This document shows positions 45,647 to 55,060 of a stretch of DNA of 64,000 nt, one piece after another. Numbering within the stretch: the first letter of the stretch is position 1; each line of letters begins with the position of its first letter. A program made the translations under genes and the position numbers. The DNA comes from Trueperaceae bacterium. GTDB taxonomy: Bacteria; Deinococcota; Deinococci; Deinococcales; Trueperaceae. The stretch is from positions 3,872,001-3,936,000 of the forward strand of contig OZ243956.1 of the NCBI GenBank assembly GCA_965214405.1. Direction: 5' to 3'. The notes under the pieces are model-generated. The model ran no database searches. It was not told the DNA's origin and was given only the letters and a program-made list of their open reading frames with translations.

Positions 45647-46719
45647 GTGACCCCCCTCACCCTGGGCATCGTCGGCGCGGGCAACATCGCGGGGCCTTAT
45701 ATCACCGACCTAAAAAAGGACCCCAACGTGAGGGTCAAAGGAATAACGGACGTCGCGCTCGAGCGGGCAAGCGCCCTCGCCGCCGAACATAACCTCATAG
45801 TTTACGAGAGTTTGGACGCGCTACTGGCCGACGATGAGATCGACCTCGTTGTCAACCTCACCATTCACCACGCGCACTTTGAGGTGAACAAGCAGTGCCT
45901 GGAGGCGAACAAGCACGTCTACAGCGAAAACCGCTGGCACTGCGTTATAACGAGGCCAAAGAGCTGGTGGATCTGGCGGACGCCAAGGGCTTACGTCTGG
46001 GCGCGGCCCCCTTTACCTTTCTGTACGAGTCGCATCAGGTCGCCTGGGACTGGGTGCGCGCGGGCAAACTCGGACGGGCGCGGCTCGTTTACGCCGAGGT
46101 GAACTGGGGCCGTATGGAGAGCTGGCACCCCAACCCCGCCCCCTACTATGAGGTGGGACCGCTGGCCGACGTCGGCGTCTACCCGCTCACCTTTTTAACC
46201 GCCGTTTTCGGCCCCGTGCGCGAGGTGACGACCCTGACCACCACCCTAAAAAAAGACCGCGTGACCCTGGACGGTGAGGCCTTCAAACTCAGCAGCCCCG
46301 ACTTCTGGCTCTGCGTCCTCAAACACGCCTCGGGCGTGTTGACCCGTCTCACCGCGAACTTTTATGTGACGCACTCGAGCAAACAGGGCGGTATCGAGAT
46401 TCACGGCGACGCGCGGTCTCTCTTTTTGTCGAGCTGGCTGTGGCCCAATGGCACGGTGGAAGTCGCCGATTTTAACGAACCCTATAAACTTTTACCCCTA
46501 CAGGAAAGCTTTGGGGAAAAAGAAATCCATTGGGGCACCGGTCTCCGCGACATGGTGAGCAGCATGACAAGGCGCGAGCCACACCGCACCACGGGTGCCC
46601 ACGCCGCGCACATCGTCGAGGTTTTGGAGGCCGCGCACACCTCGAGCGCGACAGGTGAGAGCGTGAGGGTGCGCTCGGACTTTCCACCGCCCGCGCCCTC
46701 TGACGCTATAAACGTTTGA
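45647..46719 (+). pseudogene. Gfo/Idh/MocA family oxidoreductase, frameshifted
   Basis: GIVGAGNIA...KHVYSE in one frame continues as KPLA...GPLADVGVYP in another. The EKP motif is broken at the A4 run 45927-45930. Confidence 0.8.
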
Positions 46720-46842
46720 GACAGGTTTTGAACAGGTGACGTTATCTACCGGATATCGCTCTATGAGATACAACACCCAGCAGCGTCCGTAAAAAGTAGG
46801 ATGTTAGGCTGTTGCCTACTTACGGACCTCTTTACATAAGCT

Positions 46843-48225
46843 TTACACGGCACTTTTTTCCGCTCCCGCCACCCTCTCTATCACCACCGCAACCTCCTTG
46901 GCGATGGTCTCAACGCGCTCCCGGTCGGGACCCTCGACCATCACCCGAACAAGGGCTTCGGTGCCGCTCGGGCGCAGGTTGATGCGCCCCTCTCCCAACC
47001 GGGTTTCGGCCTCCCGCAGCGCCGCCTGAACCTCCTCGTGTTTTGCTAACTGCGCTTTTGTCTGAGGCGTGACGCGGACGTTGAGGAGCGTTTGGGGATA
47101 AACGGGGACGTCGTCTACCCACGCTTCCAAAGACCGCCCCGACTTGCGAACCGCCGCGAGCGTTTGCAGGGCGCTCAGGAGACCGTCGCCGGTAGGGGCT
47201 TTATCGAGAAAGAGCAGGTGTCCCGACTGCTCCCCGCCGAGCGTCAGCCCCTCGCGCCGCAGCGCCTCGAACACATAACGGTCGCCAACCTGGGCGCGCA
47301 AGAGCACGACGCCTTGCTCTTTGAGGTAGTGCTCCGTCCCGCCGTTACTCATGAGCGTGGCGACGACCCGTTTTTCACCGCGCACCACCGCGCAAATCGC
47401 CAGCATGTGGTCGCCCGTGACCAGGCGGCCCCGGCGGTCGACCAGCAGCGCCCGGTCGGCGTCGCCGTCAAAGGTCACGCCGACGTCTAAGCCCGCCGCC
47501 ACCACGCGCGCCTGGAGCGCTTGCGGATGCGTCGAGCCGCTCTCCACGTTGATGTTGTCGCCGTCGGGCCGGGCGTTGATGACGTCTAAGCGCGCGCCCA
47601 ACTTCTTAAACACCTCCGGCGCGATGAGGTAGCTCGAGCCGTTGGCGCAGTCTAAACCCACCCGCAGTCCGTCCAGATAGGGCGCGTTTTGAAGCAAAAA
47701 TTCGGCGTACTCATCCTCTTGTTTTTCGTGGCGGCGCGACGTGCCGATGGCCGCGCCCGTGACGGGCTCGAGGGTACCAAGCTCAAGAGTCTCGTCCAGC
47801 CGCGCCTCGATACGCGCCTCCGCCTCGTCGGACAGCTTCTCGCCCGCCGCGCCAAAAAACTTGATGCCGTTGTCCTCAAAAGGATTGTGCGACGCGCTCA
47901 CCACCACGCCCGCGTCCGCGCCCAAGTGACGCGTGAGGTACGAGACGCCGGGGGTGGGGATGACGCCCGCTAAAATCACGTCGACCCCCCTCGAGGTGAG
48001 CCCCGCCGCGAGGGCGTGCATGAGCATCGGCCCGGAGCGCCGCGTGTCGGTGCCGACGACCAGCTTAGGCCTGGCAACGCCTGAAGCCTTGAGACTTTCC
48101 GCCGCCGCCACGCCCAAGCGCAGGGCAAAGGTGGCGGTCACGGGCTCCGTCCCGGCCACGCCGCGCACGCCGTCGGTGCCGAAGTAGCGCCTTGTTGAGG
48201 TTGAGAAAGGTTGGTCTGGTCGCAT
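46843..48225 (-). CDS. glmM: Phosphoglucosamine mutase
   Basis: YFGTDGVRG, VSASHNP.EDNGIKFF, FDGDADR, GGEQSGH and RPSGTE. Confidence 0.95.
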   Translation of the reverse strand: MRPDQPFSTSTRRYFGTDGVRGVAGTEPVTATFALRLGVAAAESLKASGVARPKLVVGTDTRRSGPMLMHALAAGLTSRGVDVILAGVIPTPGVSYLTRHLGADAGVVVSASHNPFEDNGIKFFGAAGEKLSDEAEARIEARLDETLELGTLEPVTGAAIGTSRRHEKQEDEYAEFLLQNAPYLDGLRVGLDCANGSSYLIAPEVFKKLGARLDVINARPDGDNINVESGSTHPQALQARVVAAGLDVGVTFDGDADRALLVDRRGRLVTGDHMLAICAVVRGEKRVVATLMSNGGTEHYLKEQGVVLLRAQVGDRYVFEALRREGLTLGGEQSGHLLFLDKAPTGDGLLSALQTLAAVRKSGRSLEAWVDDVPVYPQTLLNVRVTPQTKAQLAKHEEVQAALREAETRLGEGRINLRPSGTEALVRVMVEGPDRERVETIAKEVAVVIERVAGAEKSAV

Positions 48226-48430
48226 GGGCGCTATTTTAGCGCGTTTCGTGGTGGTTTTCATAAGTGCCGCGCTTAACTTGCACCTCCGGCACTCGAGCCC
48301 AAGGCAAAATGGGGGAGGTCTGTACGGGTTTGCTGGACCCTCTCGAGGGGGTGACGAGGCTTATACGGCACACAGCACTGGGGCGACACCCGTAACGTTT
48401 AGGGAACACTGCATATTTTAGAATAAAAGT

Positions 48431-49288
48431 ATGGCATCTCTCAATTTCTTTTCTTTTGACCATGACACCGCTCAGGCTGTTTCCCCGGCCCTCTTGAACC
48501 GTATCTGCGTGCGCCCGCCCTACTTCAACCTGCAGCGTCTGCGTCTTATGGACGGCACCCTTCACGCGGTCGCCTCGGCGGAGCTGGAGGTGGGCCGCGA
48601 ACGCGCGCCCATGAGCGCCGCCGAGGTGGGTCGGCACGCCGCCATCGCCGGACTCTGCGCCGCCGCGCTCGCACAAGAAGACGACGCCAGGCGCTATTAC
48701 CTGGCGCGGCGCGCCCACTTCACGGGTCACAGCGTCGCCAAACTCTATGGTGAGGTCCAGTTTCAGGCGCGGCTCACGCACTTAGACAAAAGGCAGGCGG
48801 ACGCGCAGGTGGTCGTTTCAGTGGATGACGAGCCCCTGGCTCATCTGGAGGTTCACTACACGGTACTGACCGAAAGCGCTTTCGGGCGGCTTTTTAGAGC
48901 TAAACAGGGCGGCACCGTCTTCACCCCCGGCTACGCCGCCGAACTGGACGGGACCCTTTACAAAAGCCGGGACGAGGCGCTGTTCGACGTGCCGGTGATT
49001 CCCCTCGAGGTCTGCGCGGGTCACTTCGAACGCCACCCGGCGCTGCCGGTCGCGGTGCTGATGAGTTACCTTACCCGTCTCGGGGGCAAGCTCGTGCGCG
49101 GCCCCTACCGCTCCGTCTACGGGGCTGTGGAGGCCGACGACCTTTGCTGGGCGGGCGAGGGCGTGCGCTTCGAGGTCGCGCGTACCTGCCAGGAGGGTCC
49201 GCGCCACCACTTCCTCGGCCAGGCGATAAGCGGCGGCGCGGTCAAGGGCAAGATGACGTTCGCGCTCGAGGAGGTCGATATTGGGTAG
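48431..49288 (+). CDS. Hypothetical double-hotdog-fold protein (FabZ/AfsA-like motifs)
   Basis: The C-half has GHFERHPALPVAVL (FabZ-like GHFPxxPxxPGVL) and the N-half has SAAEVGRH. TAGAAT lies 6 nt before the ATG. Confidence 0.55.
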   Translation: MASLNFFSFDHDTAQAVSPALLNRICVRPPYFNLQRLRLMDGTLHAVASAELEVGRERAPMSAAEVGRHAAIAGLCAAALAQEDDARRYYLARRAHFTGHSVAKLYGEVQFQARLTHLDKRQADAQVVVSVDDEPLAHLEVHYTVLTESAFGRLFRAKQGGTVFTPGYAAELDGTLYKSRDEALFDVPVIPLEVCAGHFERHPALPVAVLMSYLTRLGGKLVRGPYRSVYGAVEADDLCWAGEGVRFEVARTCQEGPRHHFLGQAISGGAVKGKMTFALEEVDIG

Positions 49289-49691
49289 GCGCTAAAAATA
49301 CAGACGGAGATTATATCCGTAATCTGCTGAGACAAATGGCCGCAGGTATATTCTCGGTAAGTGAGTGCTGAACACTACTTTGTGGACTCAGCAAGACCAG
49401 CGCCCCAAAATCTTCTTACTCCTGACTTCTTGCTCCTTGCTTCTCTCGTCCAGCATCTTGAGACCCCGCTTGGCTAAGTCAGAATATCAACTCACCTTGC
49501 GCAAGCCTGATGCTACGGACTCACAGGGAAAGAACGTTAGGGAACACAAAATAAAGAATAGAGAATGGAAAAGTCTGTCTATATTTTGCCTTCTGTATCC
49601 TCCACGCCTCGTCAGGCGTGGTCGCCCCCGCTACAACCCGTTTTAAACGGCTCCTCAGCCACTTGTGTGTAAGGTGAGATATTAACAAACC

Positions 49692-51671
49692 TTAGTTAAC
49701 GACCTTGCTGCACGCGGAAGTGCCCGCCGCGCTTTCCTCATGGTAAAACAGCGCTTGCAACTCAGACGACGGCATCGGTTTGGCGAAGTAGTATCCCTGG
49801 CCCAGGTGGACGCCGAGGCTGCCCAGAAGCTCCGTCTGCGCGGCGGTCTCGACGCCTTCGGCGACCACTTCTAAGTCCAGGGTCTGGGCGATGGAAACGA
49901 TGGCCTGCACCAGCGCGAGCGCGAAGTGCGGCGCGCCCAAAGGCTGACCCAGGTCGGCAATAAAGGTGCGGTCCACCTTGATGGTGTCGATGGGCAGATG
50001 GCGCAGATAAGCGAGCGACGAGTAGCCCGTGCCAAAGTCGTCAATCGCCACGCGCACCCCCAGGCGTTGCAGCCGCGTGAGCGTTTTCGACACGTGCTCC
50101 GCGTCTCGCAAGACCGCGCTTTCGGTCAGTTCTAACTCCAAATGCCTTGGGCTAAGCCCGGTCGCGTCCAGCGTGCGGCGCACCGTGTCGAAGAAGTCAG
50201 GCTGGGCAAACTGCAACGGTGACACGTTGACCGCTACCGGCAGCGGGCGGTGGCCGGAACGCCCCCACGCGGCGTTTTGACGGCAGGCGCTGTGAAGCAC
50301 CCACGCGCCCAGTTCGTTGATAAGGCTGCTCTCTTCCGCCACCGGAATAAACGTGTCGGGCGGGACCAGCCCCAGCTCCGGGTGCCGCCACCTTAGCAGC
50401 GCCTCGAGCTTGCTTATCTGCCCCTTGCGCAGGTCGAGGAGCGGTTGGTAGTGAAGCTCTAATTCCCCACGCGTCGCCGCGCCGCGCAGGTCGTGCTCGA
50501 GCCGCCGCCGCAATTCCACGCCCGCGTCCGCCGCGGCGGAAAAGCGCTTGACGCCGTCTCGCCCGCCCGCCTTGACCTGATACATGGCGCTGTCGGCGTG
50601 CTTGAGGAGCGCGTCGGCGCTGTCGCCATCCTCCGGAAAGAGGCTGAAGCCCAGGCTGGCGCTCATCGCAACCGTCTGCCCGCACACGACGAAGGGGGCT
50701 TCGAAGGCACCTTTGAGCTTGCGCACGACCCCCTCCGCGTCCTCAGCATGGTGAACATCTTCCATGAGCAGCACGAACTCGTCGCCGCTCATGCGCGCCA
50801 GCAGGTCTTGGGCTCGCACCGCCTCCTTGAGACGCGCCGCCACCCCCTCGAGTAACTCGTCGCCCGCTTCGTGACCGAGGGTGTCGTTGACGGATTTGAA
50901 ACGGTCGAGGTCGATAAACACAACCGCGCACAGGCCTCCACGCGCTTTCACCCGCTCCAGCGTGTCGCGCAGAACGTTTTCGAAGTGCAGCCGGTTGGGC
51001 AGGCCGGTCAGCGCGTCTGTATGCGCGAGGCGGGCCATCACTTCGCCGTGAGCGTGCGCCTTGAGGGCGATGTCTTTATAAACGCTAAAGGTGCGGGTCA
51101 CGAAAATAGTCGTGAGGTTGGCGAGGTTGAGCTGTATAAACGCGTAAAGCGCGTCTCTATTTGGCTCACCAGACTGAACGATGACGTCCGCCGCGCTCAT
51201 CAGGAGCAAGAGGACGCTGGTCACGCCCGCGCTCACGCGGCCGAGCCTAAGCCCCGGCACGAGAAATGCCAGCACGTAGAGGATGGGCACCCAAAAAAAC
51301 GTCTCGGTGAGCTCTTTGGGAATGTCCATACCCGCGGGCGCAAAGAACAGCAGGTAACTCGCCTTGACGACGAAGAAGGCACCCGCGCCGGTGACGAGCG
51401 CGGAGGTCACCTCCTTGAGACGGTTCGGGAATACCAGCAAAACGACTTGTAAAAGCGTGATGCCGACGGCGCAGAGGCTGTAAGCGACGCGGTCGAAGCG
51501 TCCCCCGAGCGAGCCGGGCACCTCGAACAAGAGCCCCAGTACAAAAGCGAGGGCCGCGCAGAACATCCCGGCGAGCACCACGCGGCGCCAGGCGGGGTTG
51601 TGGAGCGGCTCGTCGGCCAAAGTAGCGCTTGCCGGGGGCGGTTGACGCTTGAAGAAGTGGGTAAGGGTCAT
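49692..51671 (-). CDS. Membrane-anchored diguanylate cyclase/phosphodiesterase (about 6 TM, GGDEF, EAL)
   Basis: DALTGLPNR, DLDRFK.VND.LGH, SGDEF, EALLR, DDFGTGYSS, VVAEGVE and QGYYF. Confidence 0.95.
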   Translation of the reverse strand: MTLTHFFKRQPPPASATLADEPLHNPAWRRVVLAGMFCAALAFVLGLLFEVPGSLGGRFDRVAYSLCAVGITLLQVVLLVFPNRLKEVTSALVTGAGAFFVVKASYLLFFAPAGMDIPKELTETFFWVPILYVLAFLVPGLRLGRVSAGVTSVLLLLMSAADVIVQSGEPNRDALYAFIQLNLANLTTIFVTRTFSVYKDIALKAHAHGEVMARLAHTDALTGLPNRLHFENVLRDTLERVKARGGLCAVVFIDLDRFKSVNDTLGHEAGDELLEGVAARLKEAVRAQDLLARMSGDEFVLLMEDVHHAEDAEGVVRKLKGAFEAPFVVCGQTVAMSASLGFSLFPEDGDSADALLKHADSAMYQVKAGGRDGVKRFSAAADAGVELRRRLEHDLRGAATRGELELHYQPLLDLRKGQISKLEALLRWRHPELGLVPPDTFIPVAEESSLINELGAWVLHSACRQNAAWGRSGHRPLPVAVNVSPLQFAQPDFFDTVRRTLDATGLSPRHLELELTESAVLRDAEHVSKTLTRLQRLGVRVAIDDFGTGYSSLAYLRHLPIDTIKVDRTFIADLGQPLGAPHFALALVQAIVSIAQTLDLEVVAEGVETAAQTELLGSLGVHLGQGYYFAKPMPSSELQALFYHEESAAGTSACSKVVN

Positions 51672-51846
51672 AATGAGTACCTGGTGCCTCGCAGAGCAGG
51701 TTCCCTAAGGTACTAAACTGTGTCTGACAAAGTTCTTACAAAAGTATGGTGCATCCTCCGCAGCTACCGACTGCCGCTCAAACCGCAGGGCGTGTGCTAC
51801 GGCCCCCATTCTTCTACAGCCCCCGACTCCCTCTAACCTAAACGCC

Positions 51847-53223
51847 GGGTGCAACATTTCCTACGGGGATAAAGCAGCAAGGGAAAAGGCGTTGAAGCGT
51901 AAGGTGTCAAAGTCAATGAGCGGATGCTTGGCACAAGTTTGGGCTCTTAAGGAGGCCATGCCAGCGGCGCCCGTTTCAGACCAACGCATACCGCTTCTTT
52001 TCAGGCGGTTTCCGATAACGCTTTTGTTCATCCCTTCAACTTGACCGGAGCCGATGGGGTAGCCTTCGGCTTTGTAAAGGGGGTAGTCCATAGAGTCGAG
52101 GCGTTTCTCAAGGTAGTGAAGAGCTGTGACGGCCTTCTCGCTCCAGGTGAGCCAGCATTCAGGGCTGGGTAGATGCTGTTTAAGCCAGTCCCGAGCGGAG
52201 ATATCAGCCCTGTACCAGTCTCGCCTGTGAGAAGCGCGCGTTTGTTCATCCCAGTCCATAGCTTGCATGACAAGGTCGAGATACTCAGCGGCGTGATAAA
52301 CATCGGTAATTCTCAGCGCGCCTAAGTAGCTAAAGATGGTGTCAATCCAAGCTGCGCCGTCGCCTAAGCCGATAAGGGTGTCTTGGGGCGTGAGCTTGGC
52401 TTCCGTAAGTAGACCGGCCAGCAGGGGTAAGAACGCCTCTGCCGAACATCTGTCGGCTAGCATCCACCTCTCGCCGGGGCTGTTTTGTGGATAAAGCACG
52501 GCTGACTTTATCTCTAGGCCGGGGCAACAACCCGCTTCAGGCTGAGCCAACACGTACACGCCGTCAACCTGCAAAACCATCACGCGGCCTGCCGACTTCA
52601 TTGACTGGGGTCGGGTTTCCTCGCACACCTTGTCCGTTTTGCCCTCTGCGCCTTGAAGCCGCTTCAACACCTCGCTTTGGCAGCTCTCGGCACAAGCCGC
52701 GCTCATGTCGTTGAGCAAGAAACGACTGGCGTCAAGACCGAAGCACTGTGCCACAGCCGCGGCCTCTTCATAGGGTAAGCGTGTGCCCAAGTCAACCAGA
52801 CGCACCAAAGCTTCAGGACTCCAGCCTGATTCGTCCAACGCCGCATCGAGATAGATTTGCCGCTGCTTACCGGCTTTAGTTTTCAGACGTTGAACTAAAA
52901 CTTCGACTCGGCCCCAGCTTGTACTGACATAACTCCAACCGACGCCGTTGCGCCAGTAGCCTTTAGGTACTTCTTTCTTCTCCGGGGGAAAAATCTTTAG
53001 AAGCCGCCAAACCTTCTAAGGTACTCCGCATGATCTCGGGCGAAAACTTCATTACCGCCCTTTCCATATCCGCAAAGTTGGCGTTCGGCGGCAGGGTCGC
53101 CTTTATGTCCTCGATATACCTCTCGAATGCCGCCCTTGCTTTCTCTTCCCAGCCTGGCTTGTCCATGCGCCAGTTTACTTCCCCTATAGCTCCTTTTCTA
53201 TCCCCTTTAGCAATGTTGCACCC
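51847..53223 (-). mobile_element. Insertion sequence (~1.38 kb), ISKra4/ISLre2-like, two-ORF transposase
   Basis: Terminal inverted repeats GGGTGCAACATT-N6-GGGGATA at both ends; possible 3-bp GCC duplication. Confidence 0.88.
51861..53166 (-). CDS. Transposase split into orfA (52963-53166) and orfB (51861-~52990), joined at a T5C5 slippery site
   Basis: orfB frame has TSWGRVEV, QVDG, LGDGA.WI, DVYHAAEYL and PIGSGQVEG.NK...RLKRSGMRW. Confidence 0.85.
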
Positions 53224-53248
53224 GCCCATAACCCGAAACGCATCGGCA

Positions 53249-53277
53249 TTGACGCTGAAACCCGGAGGATGTAAACT
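53249..53277 (+). promoter_or_regulatory. pyr operon promoter
   Basis: TTGACG-17 nt-TAAACT. Confidence 0.7.
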
Positions 53278-53282
53278 CAGCA

Positions 53283-53378
53283 GACTTTAATTTGGCCCCG
53301 CGAGGCCGGAAAGGAACCCTATGAACCGAAGCCGGAAGGATTCAACACACGTTTGCGCCGCCCCGTCGGCGTTTTTTT
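53283..53378 (+). promoter_or_regulatory. PyrR-binding attenuator leader with terminator
   Basis: CTTTAA...GGCC-CCGCGA-GGCC..AAAGG matches the PyrR binding loop (CUUUAA; ARUCCNGNGAGGYU variant). It is followed by a CGCCG/CGGCG hairpin and T7 (53356-53378). Confidence 0.85.
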
Positions 53379-53403
53379 ATGACATTTTTTCATGGCAGGA
53401 TAG

Positions 53404-54902
<1,499 letters not shown>

Positions 54903-54906
54903 TGTC

Positions 54907-55045
54907 TCTGTCTCTTGTGCTCGAGCACGTTTGAAGATGGGCGTCAGCAGCTTTGTAGAAGTTGAGGGGGACGGCACAACGTTTTCTCCAAAGCTGCGCG
55001 GCAACACCCACGCGCCAAACAGTTGAGCATTTCACCTGAGACAGA
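54907..55045. repeat. Long imperfect inverted repeat (rod-like hairpin) between pyrB and pyrC
   Basis: Nested pairs TCTGTCTC/GAGACAGA, TGCTC/GAGCA, GTTTG/CAAAC, GCAGCTTTG/CAAAGCTGC and GTTG/CAAC. Confidence 0.65.
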
Positions 55046-55060
55046 TTTTAAGGAGCGAGC

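Noticed and set aside
48255..48420. c-di-GMP riboswitch upstream of the hotdog gene (also checked 51680-51840)
   Set aside because: The GEMM-I GCAAA/GNRA/GACGCAAAG arrangement is not present, and the hotdog gene appears to be leaderless.
49365..49646. 93-aa ORF between the hotdog and GGDEF-EAL genes
   Set aside because: No RBS, and its Leu/Ser stretch arises from the heptamer repeats.
51830..53240. An 8-9 bp target-site duplication for the second IS
   Set aside because: The flanks (TAACCTAAAC vs CATAACCCGAAAC) are similar but not identical; only a 3-bp GCC repeat is exact.
54938..55026. 29-codon ORF (MGVSSFVEVEG...) in the pyrB-pyrC spacer
   Set aside because: Weak RBS and buried in the hairpin; the RNA/DNA structure explains the region better.
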